Below are positions 46,573 to 55,865 of a stretch of 56,643 nucleotides of DNA, piece after piece (positions within the stretch are counted from its first letter, which is position 1; each line of letters starts with the position of its first letter). The position numbers were made by a program, and so were the translations under genes. The notes under the pieces are model-generated. The model saw nothing but the letters and a program-made list of their open reading frames with translations, was not told the DNA's origin and did no database searches. Source of the DNA: a virus. Lineage: Duplodnaviria; Caudoviricetes. The stretch lies in IMG/VR virus record IMGVR_UViG_3300033508_000293, positions 1-56,643 of that record, one strand, 5' to 3'.

Positions 46573-46970
46573 CCAAAAAATTTTCCATCTATAAAATTCT
46601 GTAATGGTAAGAATAAATTCTTTGGTAATTCTTTAGGATTGAACCACTTCCATTCTAAACATTTTTCTGGTTCTACTCTTTTTACTTCACCATCATACTT
46701 ATTTGTAGAAAAAAATAATGTAATATAATGTTGGTTAATATCTTCCATTATATCATTACTTACACCAATAAATGTTAATTCTTTAACATCTAAATCAGTT
46801 TCTTCTTTTGCTTCTCTGATAATACAATCTTCAAAAGATTCATTCTTATCAAGTTTACCACCGGGTAATCCCCAAGTATTATTACCAACTGTACCTTGTC
46901 TTAATCCTAATAAAATTTCATTCTGTTCATTAAGAATAAATAATGCTAATCCTACTATTGGTCTTTCCAT
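46569..46970 (-). CDS. Nudix hydrolase (NUDT15/MutT-like)
   Basis: Nudix box GGKLDKNESFEDCIIREAKEETDL; EPEKC.EW.WF. Confidence 0.9.
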   Translation of the reverse strand: MERPIVGLALFILNEQNEILLGLRQGTVGNNTWGLPGGKLDKNESFEDCIIREAKEETDLDVKELTFIGVSNDIMEDINQHYITLFFSTNKYDGEVKRVEPEKCLEWKWFNPKELPKNLFLPLQNFIDGKFFG

Positions 46971-46985
46971 ATTATAATTTATTTT

Positions 46986-47186
46986 TTAAAAGTGTGTTCC
47001 ATTTGATAATGATATTCCATGTTTAATTCCATGTAAAAAATCATCTTCATCAAAACCCATTTCTTTATCTGTTAGATGATTACCAATAACAATCCCAATG
47101 GTATTACCTATATCAGATAAGTCTACCATTGGATCATTATTGATTGCATCAATTAATTCTTGTCTTATTTTGTTTATATCTTTCAT
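46986..47186 (-). CDS. hypothetical protein
   Basis: Small ORF in operon spacing. Confidence 0.55.
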   Translation of the reverse strand: MKDINKIRQELIDAINNDPMVDLSDIGNTIGIVIGNHLTDKEMGFDEDDFLHGIKHGISLSNGTHF

Positions 47187-47187
47187 A

Positions 47188-47655
47188 TCAATCCCACCAC
47201 CAAGTTACTTTTGCATAAAGTTTACCAATTTCTTCTATTTCATCTTTTTCAAGTTGATTAGCTTCTTCTATTGCTCTTCTATTATTAGCTTCTTGTTCAG
47301 GTGTTTCATCACTTTTCATTTCATAAAGTTTAGAATCTTCACTTATTTTTTCAAATGTGATATTATAATTATGATCAAATCCACATCTTTCAGAATAATT
47401 ATCTTTAATAGAATTATTTAAAAGATAAATAAGTCTTTTAATATCTTTAACTTTTTCCAATCTTGATTCATCTTCTTCATGTCCATTTTCAATTACTGGA
47501 AGAAGTTGTTCAAGTTGAAATTTAGTCATCATATAAACATAATGACCATCCCAAGGTCTCATTTCTTTTACAACCTTATGATATTTAATAAGATTAGAAA
47601 AATACCAACCCATATCATAATATATACCTTTTATATTTCTAATTAAATTTTTCAT
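47188..47655 (-). CDS. hypothetical protein
   Basis: RPWD and terminal WWWD, typical of a phage hypothetical family. Confidence 0.65.
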   Translation of the reverse strand: MKNLIRNIKGIYYDMGWYFSNLIKYHKVVKEMRPWDGHYVYMMTKFQLEQLLPVIENGHEEDESRLEKVKDIKRLIYLLNNSIKDNYSERCGFDHNYNITFEKISEDSKLYEMKSDETPEQEANNRRAIEEANQLEKDEIEEIGKLYAKVTWWWD

Positions 47656-47938
47656 TTTTTCTTATTTTTTTTATTTTCAAATGTCTAAAATAGGTAGTGA
47701 TACTATCTACTCTGATAAGTCTAACATCTAAATCATCACTTAGATATTTAATACTATTATTATCCATTGTGTATATAAGTTGATCTATAATTACAATAGG
47801 ATTATGTAATGATAGGTATTTTTCAATTTTTTTACCATCATTTGCCCATCTATATCCTTGTTTAAAAAGTTCTAATTGTATAGTTTCTAATTCTTTATCA
47901 GATGAACCTTCAATATTAATTATTATTATCTGTTTCAT
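47639..47938 (-). CDS. small protein with IQ..LF..GY.W domain and RxxKIxxI tail
   Basis: Start MKQIII follows the promoter at 47957-47987. Confidence 0.65.
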   Translation of the reverse strand: MKQIIIINIEGSSDKELETIQLELFKQGYRWANDGKKIEKYLSLHNPIVIIDQLIYTMDNNSIKYLSDDLDVRLIRVDSITTYFRHLKIKKIRKNEKFN

Positions 47939-47956
47939 ATTTTTATCTTTAATATA

Positions 47957-47987
47957 CAAAGATAATATAAAAAAGTTTAATAACAAA
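47957..47987 (-). promoter_or_regulatory. Bacteroidetes-type sigma-A promoter
   Basis: TTTG-N19-TATCTTTG. Confidence 0.75.
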
Positions 47988-47992
47988 TAATT

Positions 47993-48832
47993 TTAATATA
48001 AATATTCTGCAAAGAAAGAAACTTTTTTAGCAGTTGCATTATTATTTTTGTACACTATTCTTATTACAGTATTTGCTGGTAGTCTTTGACCAGCTGGTAT
48101 ATTTTTACCTATTTCAACTGTTGACATATCAGCAAAATATAAATAAGGTATTATTTTTACAGTTAGTGTAACATAATTACCAGCACTTACATTTACAGTA
48201 GATGGTGTATCCACTATTACATATGTATCACCTATTTCACTTACCCTACCTAATTTTGTACCATTTAGTAATCCAATATAATATCCTCTTTTCATATTTT
48301 GAATAACTGTTGGTGATACAAATAAAGTGGTATCACCTGTACGAATATCATACATTAATGCACCTACTATTGTATTAGGACTTACTTGAATTTCTAATTC
48401 ATCACCTATCATACTTTCTGATACACCTAATGTACCAGATTTTATTGATACAATAAATTTCCATGAAATATCTCTAATTACTGTTGTTTCACCTGATGGT
48501 ACATCTATCACAATAGATTCAGCTGCAAATAATCCTTGTGTAACATCACCACTTTCAACATATTTTAAATGTTCTGTTAATACTTCTGTTCTAACAATTT
48601 TTGGTTCTTCTGGTAATGGATCTCCACTATGATTTGCAACAATAGTGTCTAATATGGTTACATCAGATGTTGTTAATCCAGAAAAAAAGTACATATCTAC
48701 TTTTATATAATCAGTATTTATATAGTTTAATTCTATTGTTATTGAAGATTCATTTATTTCCTTAGTAAGTCTATCTACTGATACTCTATTCTTTTTAAAT
48801 TGACTTAAATTATATTGATACATTTCATTCAT
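47993..48832 (-). CDS. putative tail/fibre-associated structural protein
   Basis: Beta-rich; directly downstream of the giant fibre gene. Confidence 0.55.
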   Translation of the reverse strand: MNEMYQYNLSQFKKNRVSVDRLTKEINESSITIELNYINTDYIKVDMYFFSGLTTSDVTILDTIVANHSGDPLPEEPKIVRTEVLTEHLKYVESGDVTQGLFAAESIVIDVPSGETTVIRDISWKFIVSIKSGTLGVSESMIGDELEIQVSPNTIVGALMYDIRTGDTTLFVSPTVIQNMKRGYYIGLLNGTKLGRVSEIGDTYVIVDTPSTVNVSAGNYVTLTVKIIPYLYFADMSTVEIGKNIPAGQRLPANTVIRIVYKNNNATAKKVSFFAEYLY

Positions 48833-48850
48833 TTTTTTAAAAATTATTTT

Positions 48851-51800
48851 TTATTGTACTCTTATTAATTCTATTGATGCATCTGATGTTACATTAGCAT
48901 TACCACTATTTTCTGTCCAGTAATTGAACACTATTGTATTTACACCAGTAAGTGTTTTATAAAATACCATATATTCTGTTCTAATATCTGTTGTATCACC
49001 TGCTTCCATTTCCAATGTTGGTCTAGTACCTTGTGAAACACCACCAACAGTAAGATTAAATCTTGCAGAGTTTGCTGTGGTATTTTTTGACCATCTCCAA
49101 GAAACCATTATTTTATAAGTACCTGATGGTAAAGAAGTAGTAGTCATAGTTACTTTTGCAATAGGTGTTGTACTTGTTGTACTTGTACTAGTTAAATTTT
49201 GTGCAAGTTGATATTCACTACCATATACATGATATGCTAATTCACTATTTGCTACCTTTTTAGTTACACTATCAATAACCATAAAATATTGATTAGTATT
49301 ACCACTTGTTACATTACCAAGATAAGTAGAACCAGTAATAAATGTATCACCAGTAACACTTAAATTTGCATTGATTCTTAATGAACCAGTCATAGTATCA
49401 CCAGACTTAGTTACTCTACTTGTATCACTTGCATGAATGTGATCTTCTCTTGAATATCTTAATGATGTTCCAATAACAACAGTACCATTCATTAAAGGAT
49501 TTGTTGCACTAGCCTGACCTACAACATATGCAGTTGTTGCTATTTGTGTTGTATTTGTATTTACAGTAGCAGTTGTTGAAGTAGGTGTACCTGAAAAAGC
49601 AGGTGAAGTTAAATTTGCCTTTAAATTTAATGCAGTATCAACATAACCTTTATCTACAAGTGTTCTAGTATCATAACTTCCACTTAAATCAGATGTATAT
49701 TTAGATACACCACTATGATAAGTAATACCAGTAGTTCTTAATGAACCTGTTATAGAAACATCTGAATTAAATATTGAATTTCCTGTTACACGTGATGTTC
49801 CAGATACATCAATAGTATAAGCTGGACTTAAAGTATTTATACCAACATTACCATTCATTAAAGCAGAACCATTATCAGCAATATATAAAGTTGCATCATC
49901 TGGTGATAATCCACCTATTTTAAATAATGGTAATGTTAATGTACCATATGGTGATTCAGTTCTATTTTCAAATCTAATATTTCTTTGATTAGTTAATCCA
50001 CTAAATACAAAATCTACTAAATCTACTGTACCCGCTTGTTGAAATAATGCACCATTTACACCAGTTCTATTTTGTAAAAAAAGTCTTGTTGTTCCATATT
50101 CATCACCAGTTTGTTCAAATACCAATCCTGAATTTGCAGTAATTTTACTATTAGCTGTTGGTAATGAGATATCACCATTAACAAAAAGATCAGCATTTAT
50201 AGTCAAATCACCAGTCATTGTATCACCAGACTTAGTTACTTTACCATTATCACTAGTTATTCTAGTTGATGTTTCTGTTGAAATTCCAATAGATAAAGAT
50301 GAATCAACTGAACTTCTTACTGATTGTTCTGTAGATATTGCAGTTGATAATGATGTAATACCTGTTACTGAACCAATAGTTGTTATTACAGTTGATAATG
50401 ATGCATCAGCACTTGTTCTAATTGATTCTTCTGTTGATATTCTTGTTGTTAATGAAGTGTCTGCACTTGCTCTAACTGATGTTTCAGTTGATACCACAGT
50501 TGATAATGATGTAATACCAGATGCCCTTACAGATTCTTCTGTTGAAATTCTTGTTGTTAAAGATGTTACATTTGAAGTTCTAACTGATTCCTCAGTTGAA
50601 ACCCTTGTTGTTAAAGAAGTAACATTAGAACTTCTTACAGATTCCTCAGTTGATACTCTTGTTGTTAATGAAGTTACATTTGAACCTCTTACAGATTCTT
50701 CTGTTGATACTCTTGAAGTTAATGATGTATCACCTGAAATTCTTAAAGATATTTCAGTGGAAATATTAGTTGATAATGAAGTTACATTTGATGTTCTTAC
50801 AGATTCCTCTGTAGAAATTCTTGTTGTTAATGATGTATCAACACTTCCTCTTACAGATTGTTCTGTTGAAATAGAAGTACTTAATGAATTATCATATGAA
50901 GTTCTTAGAGATTCTTCTGTTGATACTCTTGAAGTTAATGATGTATCAACACTTCCTCTTACAGATTGTTCTGTTGAAATAGAAGTACTTAATGAATTAT
51001 CATATGAAGTTCTAGTAGAAATTTCAGATGATATAGTAAAAACCGTTCCATTTAAATTAATTCCAATCCCATCTGCACTATATGAACCAGCTGAGCTCAT
51101 TTTATACCATTCTTGAGTATTACCTGTTGTAATAAATGGTTGATAAGATGGTGCATCAGTTTTACCCAAAACCCATCCACTACTTGCATTTGTTAAACCA
51201 CTTTCCACAAATACAAAATCACCTAATTTTATTTCATTTGTTTGATCACCATCTGCATCTGACCTTCTATTCCAAGTACTACCAGTTGCAACATAAATTC
51301 CATTTGTAGTTTTATCTGTTTGACCTACTACAAGTACTGAATCACCATTTACAGTAGTTATACCATCAACTACTAATAAACCACTTAATGTAGTATTACC
51401 TGTTAATATAACTCTAACTGGTGCATGTGGTACAAGACCTTGTGCAACTGAATCTGCATAAACTTTAGCAGAACTTAATGTTGTACTATCACCAACTGAA
51501 ATTACTGTTGATAATGATAAATCATTTGAATCTCTAACTGATTCTTCGGTTGATATTCTTGTAGTTAATGATGTATTATTACTTGTTCTTACTGATTCTT
51601 CTGTTGAAATTGTAGTTGATAATGATGTAACACCAGATGTTCTTACTGATTCTTCGGTTGATATTCTTGTTGTTAATAATATATCATCAGAAATCCTTGT
51701 TGAAATTTCTGTTGAAATTGTAGTTGACAATGATGTATCAGCACTTCCTCTTACAGATTGTTCTGTTGAAATTCTTGTTGTTAATGAAATATCTGATGAA

Positions 51801-54800
51801 CTTCTTGTAGATTCTTCTGTTGAAACCCTTGTAGTCATTGAAGTATCTGATGAAGTTCTTATAGATTCTTCAATTGATATTCTTGTTGTTAATGATGTAT
51901 CTGCACTTGTTCTAAGTGAAGTTTCTGTTGATACAATAGTTGAAACATTACCACCAACTGCAGTTGATAATGATGCATCTGCACTTGTTCTAATTGATTC
52001 TTCTGTTGAAATTCTTGAAGTTAATGAAGTATCTGAACTACTTCTTGTAGATTCATCTGTTGAAACTCTTGTTGTCAATGAAGTTACATTTGAAGTTCTA
52101 ACTGATTCTTCGGTTGAAACTCTTGTATTCATTGAAGTATCTGATGAACTTCTTGTAGATTCTTCGGTTGAAACTCTTGTTGTCAATGAAGTTACATTTG
52201 AAGTTCTAACTGATTCTTCGGTTGAAACTCTTGTTATTAATGAATTATCAGATGAACTTCTTGTTGATATTTCACTTGATAATGCAGTTGATAATGATAA
52301 ATCAGTACTAATAGTACTACCAGTAAATGCAACAAAATCAGATTTCAATGTTAATAATGGATTATCAATACCACCTGATATTTCAATGTAATTAACTAAA
52401 TTTTTATTATTTAATGTTGTACCACTTGGTAAACTTGGTGTACCATTAAATACTGGACTTTCAAGGAAAGCAAATGTTTTTCTTGTACTACCAGTTGTTG
52501 TACCATACCAATTATCACCTACAAATTCTACTGCACCTACTTGTGGTGAAGATAATAATGAGCCTGATGTAAATTTCAATGGTGCAACACTTGTATCACC
52601 AGATACTATATGTATTCTTGCAGTTGGTACAGTTACACCAAACCCAGTTCCTTTATCTGATATTCTAACTTTTTCAGTTGGATTTAAACCAACTGTATTT
52701 GAATTAGTTTTAAATACAATATCACCATATACAGTTTGACCATCACCAACATACTGCACACCAATATCAGCTAATAATGAAGCATTTGCAGGTGAACCAA
52801 TAAGTGCACCCCAGATAATATTACCAAGATAATCACCAGTTAAAAGAGAAGTACCTTCATCAAGTGTTCCCCTATATTTACCAAATCCAATCCTAAAACC
52901 TTTATCATCATCACTTGCTAATTTTAATCTAAATAATGAAGAATCACTGTCATCTGTGTCAACTTCCATAATACTATTTAATCCAGTTGAATATTGAGTA
53001 ACATTAGTTTCACTAATTTGTAATTTATTTGTACCTGTAATAGTACCACCACCAATAGATATTCTACCAAGACTATCAATATAAAATGCTGGTCTATAAG
53101 ATAATGGTGCACTATTTACTACAAATCTCTTATTACCACCCCTAACTACATTATTAACATTTGGTATAGTTGTTGGATTACTTACACTTCTAACTCTAAT
53201 CCAATATAATAAATAACCATCTTCAATTTTATCTGGAAGATATACAGCAGACCAATTTGTTAATGCAGTTGCATCCCAAACAATAGTACCAGATTGAGTT
53301 AAATTATTAGTATAATCTATATAATAATCAGTTCCAATTGATATATCAGTCCAAGTTGTACCATTCCAAAATTCTGTTACTAATAACATATCAGCACCAA
53401 CAGAAACTAAATTAAAGAACATTTCATCAAATTTTATTAATGCACCAATATAAACTGCACCTGTTGTATCACCAGTATTAAATATTGAAGTACTATGTGT
53501 TGGATCAGAATCTTGTGTATATGCAGTTATATCTTCATATATTATTGTACCAGCAGTATAATCATCAGTCTTTAATATTTCATTAAATCCAACTGATGAT
53601 ATTGAAAATGTACCATCTGGAAGTTGTGGAAATCCACCAAATTCCCAAGTATCACCTATTACATTACCTGTTTCTTGATCAAAATAAAGTTCAACACCAT
53701 TACTAAATAAAATAGGTGATAATGTTATACCACTTTCTGGTGACCAATCATTATATGTAAAACCTTGGTCAATAGAACGTCTCCAAACAAATGTATCAGT
53801 AGCACCAGTTGTACTATTTATTTTAACTTGATATATTGATAAGAAATTTTTATCATAAATACCACTTACTGATAATCCTTCACCACTACCTACAATTTTG
53901 GTAATATGATAACCCATAATATTTGAAGGGTTATTAATACCAATTCTACCACCTTCTGATACAACAATTGGGGTTAATTCACTAGATTGATTATATAAAT
54001 ACCAAAATTTACCTTCTTCACCTCTATATGTTTCTGCTAACCATTTTACTGAACCATTATCTGCCCATTGTATATCTTTATCAGTATCTACATTACCATC
54101 AAGTCTTAAACCATTTGTTTGTAAACCTAATGCATCAGTAGTATTATTATCAGTACCAAACATATGAATTAATGTTTGTGGATTATTAGTTCCATGTCCA
54201 GTAAATCCACTAATTGTATTATATGTAACTATTGGTGTTATTCCATCTGCTTTATTTATTTGAATTGCAGTTAAAGAATCTACAAATGGATTAATTTTAT
54301 CTAAGGTAACACCACTATTAAAAGTAGTATTAACATTTGAATATGCATTTATTTGTGTGATTTGATTTAATCCAGTTGAACCCGTATAATTATTAAATGT
54401 AGTTTTAGTCACATAAGTAGTTATACTTATACCAGATACAGCATCATCAACATATTTTTTAACACTATATTGAGTTGGTAATGCACTTGGATCATTAGAT
54501 ATTAAATCTTCTTCATTTAATATCTTATTTACAATAACACCTGTAAGATATTCTGTATCAGTACCAATAAAAAAGTTTTCAACTCTTAATTCACCAGAAT
54601 TTGCTTGTGTACCAAAATTATTTGTAATAGTGTGATTTAAAATACCTAAATTACCATCTATAATATAAGGTTCTGGTATAATATCATTACCTGTTTCAAA
54701 GAAACAATTTATAAGATTAATTTTATCATCATTATTAATAGCAGCACCTAAATATACACTAGTATCATCAATTTGTGTTTCATTCCAACTATATGAATTG

Positions 54801-55846
54801 AAAAGATTAGAAATATCTGAACCAGATAATGTACTAACACTATATGAAGTCATTAAAATAACATTACCCACATTATTAGGTGCATCAATAACAAATTGAG
54901 AATTACTTACATGAATATGATTTGTTCCACCACTATTTATAATAGGTATTACAAAGTTATATGGATTAGTATTATTAATATAATAAGTATTAAGTGTATT
55001 TTTAATTTGAATATCAGTTGATGTATTAGTATTTTCATTATATACACAAGATACATAAGTATATCTTTCATAAGTATAAGTTTGGTAAGATACATCAGTA
55101 CTTACTAAATTAAGTTGATTACTACCATTTGTATAAAAAATAGTATCAATATTATTTGTTAATCCAGTAATAGTATTATATAAAGTTGATATTGAAGAAC
55201 CAGCTAAAGTAAATATACCTTGTTTTAAATTATAAACACATTTAACTCTTGCAAGTGAATTAGTATAATATGTTTTAATATTTACATCATTAAGAACTGC
55301 AATACCTTCAGTATCAACACTAATAGTTTCAGCATTATAATTTTTTACTTCAATATTATTTAATCTACTTGAATTTGTAAAACCAGTAAAATTAAAAGTT
55401 ACTTTACCTTGGATTCTTGCATAACTAGACCTACCTTGTATTGTAACAAAAGGTTTCATAGTAATATTTTCTACATATAAATCAGGTGATACTTCAATAA
55501 GATATCTATTATCTGCATTATTATCTGTAATTGAATTTAAAGCATCATTAATTGTAGTGAATGTAGAACCAGTTTTAGCAACAGTTATAATATTACCATA
55601 AGGTTCATCACTTAGATAATAATTATTAGTAGTACCATAAATATTATTTATATTTGTTACTTCTACACCATCAATATATCTTGATAAAGTACCATTATTG
55701 ATATAATTATATATTTCATCTGATATAACAGCTCTGTCATATTCATTTAAATCAACGAATTCACCAGGTGCTAATACAAGACCAAAATCTTTTAATTCTA
55801 AACTTGTTACACTATTATTTTTAACTACAAATATTTCTCTTAACAT
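48851..55846 (-). CDS. giant tail fibre / adhesin-like virion protein (2331 aa)
   Basis: Beta-helix-type cap ITVAKTG..FTTI.DAL...VSP..Y.E, 18-aa coiled-coil repeats, KSGDTMTG.L and KANL.SP.F.GTP...T...TN.TQIATTAYV fibre motifs. Confidence 0.8.
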   Translation of the reverse strand: MLREIFVVKNNSVTSLELKDFGLVLAPGEFVDLNEYDRAVISDEIYNYINNGTLSRYIDGVEVTNINNIYGTTNNYYLSDEPYGNIITVAKTGSTFTTINDALNSITDNNADNRYLIEVSPDLYVENITMKPFVTIQGRSSYARIQGKVTFNFTGFTNSSRLNNIEVKNYNAETISVDTEGIAVLNDVNIKTYYTNSLARVKCVYNLKQGIFTLAGSSISTLYNTITGLTNNIDTIFYTNGSNQLNLVSTDVSYQTYTYERYTYVSCVYNENTNTSTDIQIKNTLNTYYINNTNPYNFVIPIINSGGTNHIHVSNSQFVIDAPNNVGNVILMTSYSVSTLSGSDISNLFNSYSWNETQIDDTSVYLGAAINNDDKINLINCFFETGNDIIPEPYIIDGNLGILNHTITNNFGTQANSGELRVENFFIGTDTEYLTGVIVNKILNEEDLISNDPSALPTQYSVKKYVDDAVSGISITTYVTKTTFNNYTGSTGLNQITQINAYSNVNTTFNSGVTLDKINPFVDSLTAIQINKADGITPIVTYNTISGFTGHGTNNPQTLIHMFGTDNNTTDALGLQTNGLRLDGNVDTDKDIQWADNGSVKWLAETYRGEEGKFWYLYNQSSELTPIVVSEGGRIGINNPSNIMGYHITKIVGSGEGLSVSGIYDKNFLSIYQVKINSTTGATDTFVWRRSIDQGFTYNDWSPESGITLSPILFSNGVELYFDQETGNVIGDTWEFGGFPQLPDGTFSISSVGFNEILKTDDYTAGTIIYEDITAYTQDSDPTHSTSIFNTGDTTGAVYIGALIKFDEMFFNLVSVGADMLLVTEFWNGTTWTDISIGTDYYIDYTNNLTQSGTIVWDATALTNWSAVYLPDKIEDGYLLYWIRVRSVSNPTTIPNVNNVVRGGNKRFVVNSAPLSYRPAFYIDSLGRISIGGGTITGTNKLQISETNVTQYSTGLNSIMEVDTDDSDSSLFRLKLASDDDKGFRIGFGKYRGTLDEGTSLLTGDYLGNIIWGALIGSPANASLLADIGVQYVGDGQTVYGDIVFKTNSNTVGLNPTEKVRISDKGTGFGVTVPTARIHIVSGDTSVAPLKFTSGSLLSSPQVGAVEFVGDNWYGTTTGSTRKTFAFLESPVFNGTPSLPSGTTLNNKNLVNYIEISGGIDNPLLTLKSDFVAFTGSTISTDLSLSTALSSEISTRSSSDNSLITRVSTEESVRTSNVTSLTTRVSTEESTRSSSDTSMNTRVSTEESVRTSNVTSLTTRVSTDESTRSSSDTSLTSRISTEESIRTSADASLSTAVGGNVSTIVSTETSLRTSADTSLTTRISIEESIRTSSDTSMTTRVSTEESTRSSSDISLTTRISTEQSVRGSADTSLSTTISTEISTRISDDILLTTRISTEESVRTSGVTSLSTTISTEESVRTSNNTSLTTRISTEESVRDSNDLSLSTVISVGDSTTLSSAKVYADSVAQGLVPHAPVRVILTGNTTLSGLLVVDGITTVNGDSVLVVGQTDKTTNGIYVATGSTWNRRSDADGDQTNEIKLGDFVFVESGLTNASSGWVLGKTDAPSYQPFITTGNTQEWYKMSSAGSYSADGIGINLNGTVFTISSEISTRTSYDNSLSTSISTEQSVRGSVDTSLTSRVSTEESLRTSYDNSLSTSISTEQSVRGSVDTSLTTRISTEESVRTSNVTSLSTNISTEISLRISGDTSLTSRVSTEESVRGSNVTSLTTRVSTEESVRSSNVTSLTTRVSTEESVRTSNVTSLTTRISTEESVRASGITSLSTVVSTETSVRASADTSLTTRISTEESIRTSADASLSTVITTIGSVTGITSLSTAISTEQSVRSSVDSSLSIGISTETSTRITSDNGKVTKSGDTMTGDLTINADLFVNGDISLPTANSKITANSGLVFEQTGDEYGTTRLFLQNRTGVNGALFQQAGTVDLVDFVFSGLTNQRNIRFENRTESPYGTLTLPLFKIGGLSPDDATLYIADNGSALMNGNVGINTLSPAYTIDVSGTSRVTGNSIFNSDVSITGSLRTTGITYHSGVSKYTSDLSGSYDTRTLVDKGYVDTALNLKANLTSPAFSGTPTSTTATVNTNTTQIATTAYVVGQASATNPLMNGTVVIGTSLRYSREDHIHASDTSRVTKSGDTMTGSLRINANLSVTGDTFITGSTYLGNVTSGNTNQYFMVIDSVTKKVANSELAYHVYGSEYQLAQNLTSTSTTSTTPIAKVTMTTTSLPSGTYKIMVSWRWSKNTTANSARFNLTVGGVSQGTRPTLEMEAGDTTDIRTEYMVFYKTLTGVNTIVFNYWTENSGNANVTSDASIELIRVQ
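50270..52310 (-). repeat. two arrays of 54-nt (18-aa) tandem repeats
   Basis: SLTTR[VI]STEES.R.S..T units at about 51490-52310 and 50270-51030, separated by a globular domain. Confidence 0.9.
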
Positions 55847-55865
55847 CTTATTTAATTAATTTTTT

